A stretch of DNA of 64,000 nt, taken from the NCBI GenBank assembly GCA_951406725.2, contig OX597822.1, positions 106,950,001-107,014,000 of the forward strand. Reading direction: 5' to 3'. A model generated the notes under the pieces. It saw nothing but the letters and a program-made list of their open reading frames with translations, was not told the DNA's origin and ran no database searches. Shown here piece after piece: positions 1-13,753 of this stretch. The DNA comes from Octopus vulgaris (Eukaryota). Both the position numbers and the translations under genes were made by a program. Numbering within the stretch: position 1 is the stretch's first letter; every line of letters begins with the position of its first letter.

Positions 1-519
1 TTCTTGATATTTTATTCTTTCAGATTCATTAAAATAAAATATCTTTCAAGTAATGGGGTCGTTATAATCGACTATGCCTATTCTCTCAAAATATTTGTCC
101 TTGTGGTGAAATTAAAATATTTTAAAATAAAATAAATTCTCAAGGAAAAAACAATCAGTATTCCCGTTTAAGAATCAGTTAATATGGATTTACGTAGGTG
201 TAAGAAACATACTGAGAGAATGTGGTTTTTGGATATTAGAGAAAAATAATAGCTCTACTTTATGAGGATTGTGTGCAGAGTCGAGAAAAGATGTGATTTT
301 CTTAGAAATAGTTTTTGTTCTGTTTCATTTTATGTGCATTGGTGATAGATTACCTGAGAGAAGTGAGGTATTATCAGATGTCCTGCGAGATGGAAAATGA
401 ATATTTTGGAAGAACTCCTGTATATCATAAATATTTGATAATGCTGATACCATACGTAGAATTGGCAATTTAGACAACTTTTATCTTTCTGAATCAAAAA
501 GAAGCTATATAAATACATG

Positions 520-850
<331 letters not shown>

Positions 851-1324
851 ATGTATGTGTGTGTGCATGTGCATCTGAGCGTGTGTCTGTGCGTGTGTGT
901 GTGTTTGTATGTGTTGATAGTTAGATCTACAGAGAATATATCTGTATGAAATTGATACAATTAAACAGTGAATCAGTAATGTTGGAGGACCGAAAATAAA
1001 TGTGAGATAAATATATACACGCCTGCAATGATATATATATATATATGATTGTGTGTGTGTATAAACGCTTACACATTCGCGCATAAAATACGTATACATA
1101 TACCAGTTACACACAGAGATAGACATAGGCATTACGCATGAAGATCCCGACGCCATAATCGATCAGACATCCGAATATGCAGTTCGTTTGCATATCAAAC
1201 TTAGTCATACTGGCATACACACATACACACATACGCACACACACATACAAGCACACACACATACATGTGCATGAGTCCACACATCTCTTATGTTTCTCTT
1301 TCATTTCTCTCTCCCTATATCTAA

Positions 1325-1364
<40 letters not shown>

Positions 1365-1759
1365 ATATGCATGTGCATATATGTTTATGCAAAAATACGC
1401 CTATTGATATTTTTATGTAAGATACCTATATGGCATATATATATATATATATGTGTGTGTGTATGTGTGTGTGTGTGTACGTGTGTGTACATGTAAGGTT
1501 GTATGTCTATATGTATATCCAACCTATATAAATAGATATATACGTACGCATACACATATACCCAGAAATACACACATACTATATATATATATATATATAT
1601 ATATACATACATACACACAAAGACAGACAGACTGACAGACATACACGCACACATTCTCACATACACAGAAATACACTTTAACATAAACTTTAGTATATGT
1701 ATATGTATATATATATATATTTATATATATGTATGTATATATACATATATATACATATA

Positions 1760-1797
<38 letters not shown>

Positions 1798-2429
1798 GTG
1801 TAAATATACATATATGTTTACGTAAATTTGTTCACTCTGATAAATACAGTCACAATAGATGTAAATACAGCCATAATGACAAAGTATGTATTTAGATATC
1901 AGAATGTGAAAACATCGATATTTACAGATAAGAAAGCAATTAAGAATAAGTTCATACGCTCGGCGGATCAATAACTTTCACTTTCCTTTTTTTCTTTGTA
2001 TTTGATCAGCGTATGTATCGACCGCCATTATTGGCTGCCATGTTTGGTGTTTTAAGCAAGAAATAATAACTTTTCTTTCTTTCAGCCTGAACGTATCTGT
2101 TTAGAACAGTTCCTTATAACTTCACAAAGTAATATGTTCATGAATTCAGGCAGTCGTCTCTGGTGTAAATTAGATTTTGGTGTAATGCAGTGCGATATTA
2201 AAACGCCATATTTAAACTTAGTATATTTGTTTGATATCTCTTCTCCAATATTCTTTATTTTCCAATAGGACCATATTTTATTTTCTTATAATCTGTGAAT
2301 CCTGAACTCCAGTCATCGGAATGGCTGAAACGAATTAATTTAGTTCCTGCCGGATATGTGACACAAATAAATCAAAAGATTCTATTTTCAGCGCGGTAGG
2401 CGTAGAAATTTACAGTATTATTAGTAGTA

Positions 2430-3160
2430 ATAATCCTTTCTACTATAGGCACAAAGCCTGAAATTTGGGAGAGGAGGTTAGTCGATTATATCGACCCCAG
2501 TGTTCAACTGGTACTTATTTCCTCGACTCCGAAAGGATGAAAGGCAAAGTCGGTCCCGGCAGAATTTGAACCTAGAACGTAATCCTTTCTACTATAGGCA
2601 CAAGGGTTCAAATTTTGAGGGAGGGCGCTAGTCAATTACATCGACCGCAGTGTTTCACTGGTACTTATTTTATCGACCCCGAAAGGATGAAAGGCGAAGT
2701 CGACCTCGGCAGAATTTGAACTCAGAACGTAGCGACGAATGAAATACCCATTTCTTTACTACCCACAAGGTGCAAAAAACAAAAGGAGAAACAAGGACAG
2801 ACAAACGGATTAAGTCGATTATATCGACCCCAGTGCGAACTGGTATTCAATTTATCGACCCTGAAATGATGAAAGGCAAAGTCGACCTCGTTGGAATTCG
2901 AACTCGGAACGTAACGGCAGACGAAATACCTATTTCTTTACTACCCACAAGGGGCTAAACACAAAGGGGACAAACAGGGACAGACAAACGGATTAAGTCG
3001 ATTACATCAACCCCAGTGCGTAACTGGTACTTAATTTATCGACCTCGAAAGGATGAAAGGCAAAGTCCACCTCGTCGGAATTTGAACTCAGAACGTGGCG
3101 ACGAATGAAATACCGCTAAGCATTTCGTTCAGCCTGCGAACGATTCTGCCAGCTGACCCC
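2430..3160 (-). mobile_element. Tandem multimer of four tRNA-derived SINE units (type S2)
   Basis: Four repeats of ...ctggtacttattttatcgaccccgaaaggatgaaaggcaaagtcgacctcggcagaatttgaactcagaacgt; B-box gagttcaaat on the minus strand; two alternative 3' tails. Confidence 0.85.
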
Positions 3161-3199
3161 TGTTTATGAGTAGTAATAACGATTAAGAATTAGATAAGG

Positions 3200-3600
3200 G
3201 TATTTATGGAAGTAATACTCGAACGTGACCATGAAAACGAACACCGACAGCCGGATATAGTGGTTGTGGATAAAGAGGTAAAATCCTGTTTAATCATAGA
3301 CATTGGATGCCCTGGTGATTATAGAATATCAGAAATCAAAGAGAAGAAACAGGTCAGATGAGTTGATTTGAAATGGGAAATAGAAAGACTGGCTTCACCG
3401 AAGTAAGTTATGCATGTTGTTGTGGGAGCCTTGGGTGCTATAAGTACCAAGCTAAAAAACCGGATTGAAAAGGGTAAATGTGAAGATAGAGCACCTACAC
3501 AAAACAGTGTGGCTTAGAACTATACGAATACTTCGTAAAGTTCACGAAATATAACCGTAATATGTTACCTTAGCCCACAGGTTGCGGACGGATGACGTAT
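3200..3600 (+). mobile_element. Decayed R4/Dong-like non-LTR retrotransposon, restriction-like endonuclease C-terminus
   Basis: Broken reading frames give HRQPDIVVVDK..CLIIDIGCPGD, VVVGALGAI and RTIRILRKV (PD..D REL motif); followed by (AAT)n. Confidence 0.7.
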
Positions 3601-3660
3601 TATTACAAAGTTAATTTCGCAAATTTTATGCGATAAACATGGATAATAATAATAATAATG

Positions 3661-3709
<49 letters not shown>

Positions 3710-3711
<2 letters not shown>

Positions 3712-3841
3712 CCTGGTGTACCCTTATCAGATGCCTGGTGTACCCTTATCAGATGCCTGGTGTACCCTTATCAGATGCCTGGTGTACCCTTATCAGATGC
3801 CTGGTGTACCTTTATCTAATGCCTGGTGTACCCTTATCAGA
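3710..3841 (+). repeat. 22-bp tandem repeat x6 (tgcctggtgtacccttatcaga)
   Basis: Six contiguous near-identical units, no spacers, in a segment bounded by (AAT)n tracts. Confidence 0.95.
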
Positions 3842-3919
3842 CGGGTAGTCATGATGGGTATATTGGGCTTCGTATATTTTACCCCAGTGTCACTTTGATG
3901 GCATGCACTGCTCTCTCAC

Positions 3920-3986
<67 letters not shown>

Positions 3987-4234
3987 TGATAATATCCATC
4001 TATCGTCTATCGATTAATGGTTACAATGCTAATTACAGATAAAAAAAACAACTTTGCTATTGATAGGATGCATTACGAGAAAGCACGTAATAATGTACCA
4101 TCACGTGGGCTTTTCAGCTGTCAGAATACCCCCGGGGTCTAGGGAAAGATTAACGTCTTTGCTTTCAGAGAAAGCGACGAGAACGTGGGAAATGGAACAA
4201 AAATCGCAGAAGCAAATTGGCGAGAAATGTAGAA

Positions 4235-4830
4235 AAATTCTGAGGGGACTATTGCAAGGAGACTTACTGTCTCCATTGCTTTTTTCCTATAACTAAATTG
4301 ATCAATACTCGGGTTATGTCATATCGAGAAACCCCGCTCTGTTTTTTAAAACAGACGAAGATATAGCTACAGATATTGGAATCCGCTCACGATACATTAT
4401 ATAGAGCATCCTTAAAGTAATATCGATAGGTTCTAGAAATAAAGAAGAGAAGGAGGTAGAGAATTGTTAAATGCCAAAAGTGTCTAACATGCTGCTAATT
4501 TGGGTTTTGGGAAACTATGTTAGTCACGGTTAGCTGTATGCAGCTAGGAATATCACGAAAGTCATTGAAACAAAGATTTCAAGAAAGGGGAGAAGTATTA
4601 CACCAAAATCGCTAGAAAATGAAGGAACAGCATAGGCAATTTGTGCAAGAAACTAGAGAAGTTTAAAGTGAAAAAAGCTGGTTGTGGCTGAAAACTGGAA
4701 ACTTGAAAAGAGAAACTGAATCCCCAAACACAGCCGTTCATGAGCAAGCCATGACAAAAATTAATTAAACTCAGACAGCAAACGCATAACTTGCGGAAAA
4801 AGGGGACAAACGATTATATCAGCCTTATGA
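4235..4830 (+). mobile_element. Highly decayed non-LTR retrotransposon RT fragments (R4/Dong-like)
   Basis: ILRGLLQGDLLSPLLF (RT QGDxLSP motif) and later WLKTGNLKRETE...AVHEQA. Confidence 0.6.
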
Positions 4831-5038
4831 ACGATGTCCATAAAATCTGGAATTTATTTTTATAAATCAGTTCAGCTGGTAGAGGTGGATGAATTTCTTT
4901 GTTACCTAACTTTGTTGGGTAATTTTCTCTGCCCGATCAGATTCAGCGGAGCGGTGATCAAACCATTTATGGTACTTGGAGTTGAGAGAATTAGTTGTGA
5001 TGTGGATGGACATATGTGAGATCATTTCAGTAACCATA

Positions 5039-5445
5039 GGCGCAGGAGTGGCTGTGTGGTAAGTAGCTTGTTTACCAACCACATGGTTCCGGGTTCAGTC
5101 CCACTGCGTGGCACCTTGGGCAAGTGTCTTCTACTATAGCCTCGGGCCGACCAAAGCCTTGTGAGTGGATTTGGTAGACGGAAACTGAAAGAAGCCCGTC
5201 GTATATATGTATATATATATATGTAAGTGTGTGTGTATATGTTTGTGTGTCTGTGTTTGTCCCCCTAGCATTGCTTGACAACCGATGCTGGTGTGTTTAT
5301 GTTCCCCGGTACTTAGCGGTTCGGCAAAAGAGACCGATAGAATAAGTACTGGGCTTACAATGGAATAAGTCCCGGGGTCGAGTTGCTCGATTAAAGGCGG
5401 TGCTCCAGCATGGCCGCAGTCAAATGACTGAAACAAGTAAAAGAA
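5039..5445 (+). mobile_element. Full-length tRNA-derived CORE-type SINE (type S1)
   Basis: Head ggcgcaggagtggctgtgtggtaagtag, B-box-like ggttcagtccc, CORE-like gcaccttgggcaagtgtctt, internal TA/TG microsatellite, tail ggcggtgctccagcatggccgcagtcaaatgactgaaacaagtaaaag. Confidence 0.9.
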
Positions 5446-5514
5446 AACAAAGAAAGTACCTGCCCGGCTGTTTCTGATCGTTCAGGGATGAAGTACAACT
5501 TTTTTATCTTTTAC

Positions 5515-5784
5515 TTTTTACTTGTCTCAATTAGACTGCGGCCATGCTGGTGCACCGCCTTGAATTTTTAGTCGAATTAGGCAACCCCATTACTTATATT
5601 TTAAAGTCAGGTACTTATTCTATCGGACACTTTTGCCAAACTGCTAAGTTACAGGGAGGAAAAGCATACCAACACCAGTGTCAGGCAGTGATAGGGGACA
5701 GACACAGAGGCAGACACACACACACATAAATATACATACATACACATATATGTACATTTATATATATGTATATGTACATTTATT

Positions 5785-5822
<38 letters not shown>

Positions 5823-5825
5823 TAA

Positions 5826-5866
<41 letters not shown>

Positions 5867-6270
5867 GTGTGTGTGTGTGTGTGTGTGCGTGTGTGTCATT
5901 TCATAATGTAACCATGTGTGTATCGATGGCGATTTTCTTCCTCCGTCTTCCTTTCCTTTGGACTTTCCTCTATTTCTGAAGAAGAGCTTTGCTCAAAACG
6001 TCAAATCATCTTTCCCTCCTTTCCTGAGCGTCCGATAATACAATACTTGTACCACGTCCTCGCGTTATTGTGTTTTCTTGTTTGTTCTTCTTTGTTTGGA
6101 TTCACTATATATATACTCATTACAGATATATGGTGAAAGATAATTAATTTAATAAAATCAACAAATTTCACCAAGTATTATTTCGGTATGGAAAAGGACC
6201 ATATATACATACATATATATATATATCGCCATCGATACACACATGGTTACATTATGAAATGACACACACG

Positions 6271-6321
<51 letters not shown>

Positions 6322-6330
6322 ACTTATATT

Positions 6331-6368
<38 letters not shown>

Positions 6369-6645
6369 AATAAATGTACATATACATATATATAAATGTA
6401 CATATATGTGTATGTATGTATATTTATGTGTGTGTGTGTGTCTGCCTCTGTGTTTGTCCCATATATATATATATATGTATACACGGCTCTCTTTCAGTTT
6501 TTGTCCACTAAATCCACTCATAAGGCTTTGGTCGGCCCGAGGTCGTAGTAGAAGACACTTGCCCAAAGTACCACGCAGTGGGACTGAATCCGGAACCATG
6601 TGGTTGGTAAGCAAGGTTCTTACCACACAGCAACACCTGCGCCTA
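5515..6645 (-). mobile_element. S1 SINE split by an inserted mini-element and an inverted duplication
   Basis: 3' half at about 5515-5720; 5' half resumes at about 6470-6645. Confidence 0.8.
5972..6006 (+). ncRNA. Minimal type-I hammerhead motif (family A), G12A-mutated
   Basis: attt CTGAAGA a GAGC ttt GCTC aAAAC GTC aaat, within a ~200-bp element (about 5900-6110) ending in TA repeats. Confidence 0.6.
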
Positions 6646-7559
6646 CATGAGAGTCTTGGAGTGGGAAGTGGTGCCTAGTTGTGGATATATGGTGGGTGGT
6701 TGTGGTAAGGCAGTGACGAGGTGCTCTGATAAATGCAGAAGCAGTGATAATTTAGTTAAGGTTGAGTTTGAATGTGGAAGGGAGAAAAACGTTGGAGGGT
6801 ATTTAGTGTGACTGCATTTCGGTCAGAGATAAACGCAAGGGACGAAAACGGTGCCCTTTATAAGAAGATTTATGAGTCTTGAAGTCATCGAGGACAATGT
6901 TTTTAGCGAAGGGTGAAGTGAGAAAAATGACAGAGACACAGGAAGAAAAAATTTCTACAGTATTGCTATTGTTTATTTCTGTAAACAATAAGTCGAGTTC
7001 TTATGATTGCTTTGCTTACTTTAATTGTGAATAAACAATTGTTGAACTGTTAGCCAAGTCCCCAAAAAACTTGAAATATTTATGCTGGCTCCCACCTCTG
7101 CAGGAAAAGGTGTCAAAAGTTTAAAATAAGATAAATCTGTGTGTAGAGAGGAGTTGTGAAATTTTTGACGTTTCATAATGCGTTAACTTTCGAAGAAGTA
7201 ATGCAGAATGTGTAATTGAATTTATGAGGATATTAAAAATAATATGTTTTGAAGGAGTGAGGAGTAACAACAAGACAAAGTAAGTGGTAATAGATACAGA
7301 AAAAGATTACATGAGTGAGTAAAGATAAGGAGTTGAAGACAGAAAGAGTGAGAAAGAGTGAGTGAGGGAGAGAGAGAGAGAGAATTGGATGGGTGTAAAA
7401 AATATTGAATGGAGGTTAGGTAGGATGATGAAAGATAGTGGGTGAAAAGAAATGAAATAGATTGAATGTAAAGCGAATAAGTGGGAAGATGGAGGTCAAG
7501 ATAAAAGGGAAACATGTTTATAGGTATTAGATATGTCTATAGAAAGAGAGAGAGACAAA

Positions 7560-8025
<466 letters not shown>

Positions 8026-9317
8026 AGAGTGTGTATATGTGCACGAAGGAAAGAATAGGAGACAAATTGAAACAGAGCGAAACAGAGAAGGGAAGAGACA
8101 GACAGATAGATAGATAGATAGACAGAGAGAGAGAAAGAGAGAGAGAGAGAAAGAGGGATAGAGAAAGAGAGAGATGGAGAGAGAGCGAAGGAGAGAGAGA
8201 GGGAGAGAGAGAAAGAGAGAGAAAGAATCTGGTTTTCATTCTTTCAACTGATTCTAGTATTTCAAATACTCATAACAAAACGATAAACAAGAAAATGCAA
8301 TTCTTCTGTAACAACAGAATAAGTGATTCGTGTGGTGTTAGTTTGTAGTAGTGACCCCTGTGGATAGGGAAGTGTTCGACTTCGTGATGACCCTGATCTA
8401 AATGAATATTTATGGGTTGACCACAAATTACCAAGTACAATCTATCAATGTTAAATCTGATCAGATAAGCGTTTGGGAACGACAGGAGCCAAGTAGTTGA
8501 AAGGTCAAGTAGTGCACTGATAAGGTGAGATATTTTACACATAAACAAAATATTTCTGTAATAACTTGGACTTCTCCAAGATTTCATGTAGAAATAAGTT
8601 TTACCTGGAAACCATTGTCTCAAAGTATATTGGAGTTGATGGAATAATTCTCGAGCTTGAGGTTAGACTTCGAGAACTAACGATAGTTATCACGTTAGGC
8701 CAGATATATCGTAACGACTATGTGTTTCAGAAATTCGTTTTGCTGTCATCCGTTCCCATTTTAAATTTGATATCATTCCAAGGGCTTTCTGTCATAGTTC
8801 GGAGTTGCTCCAAGTTCTTACTGATCGAATTTGGTAAATGGAAAATATACAAAATTTCGTAGTCCGAATTATTCATATTTTAGACAAGAAATTTGATGCC
8901 GAGTTCACCTCCTCTGTATTGACTCTGTGTCTATTTTGTGGATTCCCCTCTTTTGCAAATATTGGGATCAAGGATAATCCATGAGTTTTCCTTTATTTTT
9001 CCTTTCCCACTCCAGGAAATTTAAAGTATCAGCAAAATTGTCCCACAGGTGAAGTTTAATCTTTCACTAAGCCCGCTACAAGGAGACAGAAAAAGAAAGA
9101 GAAATAACCCCCAAACAAATCCCGAACGAGTAGAAATTCAATTGATCTCCGAGGAATTTTAACTCAGAACCTAAAATCACGCCATTAAAGGAAGCGTTTG
9201 TGATATGTGTCCGACTGTTCCGACATTGGATCCACTTCGGCGTTAAGGAAATATTTACAACGTTTGATCACAAGAGTTTTATGTCTAAGCCATAGATTTT
9301 CTGTTATTTATGATGGA

Positions 9318-9868
9318 CTAGCAGCATAGCCCAGCGTTGCCCGGGTATGTAAGAGCCCCTAGTAGGCAACGACTAATCCCAATCTAGTCCTTTCCCTCTA
9401 GGGAACGAAGGCGCATGTGTAGGTTGCAATGTCTTCTCTTTACTCGAATACTTCTGTGTATACGATGTTCCTAGCTGTCCCTTTGGGCGATAAAATGGTC
9501 GAGTTGTGTCCCCTAGACAGAAAATGTGTTGCATATAAAAAGCTTAGATTCTCGAGCCAATGTCGATTTTATCGATTTTTTTCAGAACTGGGGGAACTTT
9601 TCAAAATTTTCACTGCGTTAGTTTTGAATTATGACATTGGGCTATGTGTTTGTCAAGTTTCATCAGGATCGGTTGAAAGCCGTGGTCAGGGTGAGGGTAC
9701 AACCTGACAGACACACAGACAGACAAACTGCCGTTTATATATAGAGAGAGGGCTATGTGTGTGTCAAGTTTCATCAGGATCGGTTGAAAGCCGTGGTCAG
9801 GGTGAGGGTACAACCTGACAGACACACAGACACACAGACAGACAAACTGCCGTTCATATATAGAGAGA
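9318..9868 (-). mobile_element. Non-autonomous Helitron with tandemly duplicated 5' end
   Basis: Minus strand begins A|TCTCTCTATATAT and ends cccgggcaacgctgggc hairpin + CTAG|T; 9640-9749 is repeated at 9750-9868. Confidence 0.85.
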
Positions 9869-9933
9869 TGAGTATGAGGGCGAGCGTCACTTGTCTTTTA
9901 AGATTAAATAAAAAAAAGTTTATTTACACTTAC

Positions 9934-10157
9934 CTCATGCCGTAAACAATTGATCCGTTTCCGAACAATCGGATCATTTTATTTTTCTCAGTGATGTCAT
10001 GTAGAAACGAGTTCTTATCGTTGGCAAAGAAGGTGTCTGGCACCCAGATGTTTTCGGCAAAATCTCCAGTCAGGGTGAGATTATCGTCTGAATTGTTTGA
10101 GTAAACTAAACGTTCATCGATCCAATACTGATTAAGATATAGCGTTATGGTATAATC
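9934..10157 (-). CDS. Internal coding exon of a GABA-A receptor beta-like (LCCH3/molluscan GABA-beta type) Cys-loop ligand-gated chloride channel subunit, extracellular domain
   Basis: Translates to DYTITLYLNQYWIDERLVYSNNSDDNLTLTGDFAENIWVPDTFFANDKNSFLHDITEKNKMIRLFGNGSIVYGMR, with the W-x-P-D-T-F-F-x-N-D-K loop A motif of GABA-A beta/LCCH3. Acceptor ttgcag|GAT and donor ATGAG|gtaagtg; 74 codons + 2 nt (phase 0 to phase 2), matching the DYT...YGxR exon of vertebrate GABRB genes. Confidence 0.95.
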
Positions 10158-10249
10158 CTGCAAGTAAACAACAGAAATAAGGGGAATAAAGTATAAAAAG
10201 AAGATGAGCAATTGAAATTCAATTAGCATATTATCATTTAAAACATATA

Positions 10250-10460
10250 TACTCTTTTAATTGTTTCAGTCATTTGACTATGGCCATGCTGGAGCACCGC
10301 CTTTAGTCGAGCAATTCGAGCCAGGATTTATTCTTTGTAAGCCTAGTACTTGTTCTATCGGTCTCATTTGCCGAACCGCTACGTTACTGGGAGGTAAACA
10401 CACCAGCATCGGTTGTCAAGCGATGTTGGTGGGACAAACACAGACACACAAACATACACA

Positions 10461-10548
<88 letters not shown>

Positions 10549-10707
10549 TATACGACAGGCGTCTTTCAGTTTCCGTCTACCAAATCCACTCACAAGGCTT
10601 TGGTCGGCCCGAGGCTATAGTAGAAGACACTTTCCCAGGTGCCACGCAGTGGGAATGAACCCAGAACCATGTGGTTCGTAAGCAAGATACTTACCACACA
10701 GCCACTC
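10250..10707 (-). mobile_element. S1 SINE
   Basis: Reverse complement of the 5039-5445 element. Confidence 0.9.
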
Positions 10708-11335
10708 GTAAGCCTATACACTAGAATAGACACAAATATTTTTAATCTGTCTTGAGACTGCTGGCTCTTTAGACCGGCTACTATTCTAGTACCGGAGGCG
10801 ATAAATGATTAAAAGTACAACCCACCGTACTCCCTCTCGAAAAGCCAGTCCATCGCAAGATCAACTCCCAGATTTTCTTCCTTTTCAGCTTCTTATGTAG
10901 GTAAATTCATATAAAAAATTAGAAATATATTCTCTTTTTATTTCTTTGCAATTGTTAGCTCGAACTCAACCTTCATCGATCAGATCTATGATCAAAAAGC
11001 AACCCCACCGTGACAGTCCTATATTTTTAAGAATATGAAAGAATTACATTATGTAATAAGTCGTAGGCTTACTTAAAACGGTAGGACGCGATTTTAATGA
11101 AAAACGAAGTCGTCCAAAGTGCAAGTGTGTGTTTGTGTGTGCGTGTCTGTGTGTGTGTGTGTGTGTTTGGAAGTTTAAAAAAAGCCTTCACGTCTCTAAA
11201 CTGTGGAGTGATTGAGAATTAGAGAAAAAATAAGAGAAATAACATCATCGGTTTTCACTAGTACTGCGCTAATATGTAGATAGATAGATATTCCTTAAAT
11301 CATTTGTATATATTGAATATTTATATGCATGTGTA

Positions 11336-11485
<150 letters not shown>

Positions 11486-11544
11486 GTGTATGTGTACACA
11501 TTCTCTTTTTTATATAGTGTATGACACATCTTTTTTTCTTTTTT

Positions 11545-11946
11545 TCCTTGTTTCAGTCATTTTGACTGCGGCCATGCAGGAGCACCGCCTTTAATCGAGC
11601 AACTCGACCCCGGGACTTATTCTTTGTAAGCCCAGTACTTATTCTATCGGTCTCTTTTGCCGAACCGCTAAGTGACAGGGACATAAACACACCAGCATCG
11701 GTTGTCAAGCAATGCTAGGGGGACAAACACAGACACACAAACATACACGCACACACATATATATATATATATATATACATATATACGACGGGCTTCTTTC
11801 AGTTTCGGTCTACCAAATCCACTCACAAGGCTTTGGTCGGCCCGAGGCTATAGCAGAAGACACTTGCCCAAGGTACCACGCAGTGGGACTGAACCCAGAA
11901 CCATGTGGTTGGTAAACAAGCCACTTACCACACAGCCACTCCTGCG
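11545..11946 (-). mobile_element. S1 SINE
   Basis: Near-identical reverse complement of the 5039-5445 element. Confidence 0.9.
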
Positions 11947-11952
11947 ATAAAC

Positions 11953-12043
<91 letters not shown>

Positions 12044-12049
12044 CATATA

Positions 12050-12157
<108 letters not shown>

Positions 12158-12162
12158 TATAC

Positions 12163-12277
<115 letters not shown>

Positions 12278-12365
12278 CATTTACATATGCAGATACACAA
12301 AAACCCACCCACCAAGACATGCACATACACGCACGCACATAGAAACACACGCACGCACACACACA

Positions 12366-13062
12366 TGCACACTAAATAGGTTGCTGCAAATATATGTAAA
12401 GTATAAAGAGAAATAATTTCTTTTTTTTTTAATTTTCACTCAAAAACAGAAAAAATAAAAGTTCAGCGCTGATGAAAAAATATTCTCATTACAGAAGTGC
12501 TCTCTTGTCTCATGAGACTTAAAACGTATGAAAATTAGATCTTCAAAGTCAAATTTTGTTAGTGAGGGTGCATAGTGGGTTAAATTGATCTCAGTGTATC
12601 ACTGATACTAAACTTACGGCCTTGATTGAAACAAGTTTGTATCTACGTAATCATAGGCTACATTATACAATATATCTTTTACTTTCTTTTATCATGGTAG
12701 TGTGTGATTCATGGGTGTTTGAAGCTGCTATTTATATTTCCATATGACTATAAACACGCATCAACAAATGAGTCTGTATGCGTGACCATATACAGACTCA
12801 GTTGTTGGTGCGTGTTAAGACCCTATATTAAACAAGTAGAAGAGTTTATTGAGGTCGCATTTACGAATATATTGAACTAGTTCACCGTAATAATTCTACG
12901 GAATTATTGATGAAATAAAATACTTTCTTTTATCCAAGTTTTCCATCATAGTATATAAAATGTAAAAAACTTTTTCTTCCTTTTTTCTGTTGCTGAGTGA
13001 AAATTTAAGAAAAAATTATTACTCTTTGTACTTTACATATATTCGCAGCGACCTATTGTGCA
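12366..13062. mobile_element. MITE-like element with ~95-bp imperfect terminal inverted repeats
   Basis: aataggttgctgcaaatatatgtaaagtataaagag...ttttcactca at the left end pairs with tgagtgaaaa...ctctttgtactttacatatattcgcagcgacctatt at the right end. Confidence 0.7.
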
Positions 13063-13277
13063 TACTACATACATACATACATACATACATAAATGTGTTT
13101 ATATATATACATATAGATATATACGCATGTATATATCTATACGTATATATATATGTATGTATGTATATGTGTGTGTGTGTATCTATGTATATGTATATGC
13201 ATGTAATATATATATGTATATACATACACATATAATACACTGCTTGTATTTTATATACCGTATATACAAGTAATCTA

Positions 13278-13375
<98 letters not shown>

Positions 13376-13500
13376 ACTTACTCGTTTTTAATACATTATC
13401 TTCTCTCAACCCAGCAAATCCATTTTCCTTCTATATTTCTATAACCCGAAAGGGTTCCAAACTAATAAACAATCAAGTCACATGATTTGGCCTTCTAGCT

Positions 13501-13563
<63 letters not shown>

Positions 13564-13681
13564 TTAGAAACAGGCTTTATTTATATAGAATGCACTTCTA
13601 AGTGTTGAAGAGATTTAAGCTTGAGCCAGTAGATGAGCAAATGTAGCGAGAAACAAGTTAGGCAAGTCGACTTGCCTAACT

Positions 13682-13753
<72 letters not shown>

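Noticed and set aside
3710-3841. Possible CRISPR array
   Set aside because: Repeats are contiguous with no unique spacers, there are no cas genes, and the context is eukaryotic.
9930-10229. 99-aa ORF as a complete gene with an N-terminal hydrophobic segment
   Set aside because: The first 24 residues are intronic pyrimidine tract before the cag acceptor, and the stop is the taa of the gtaag donor.
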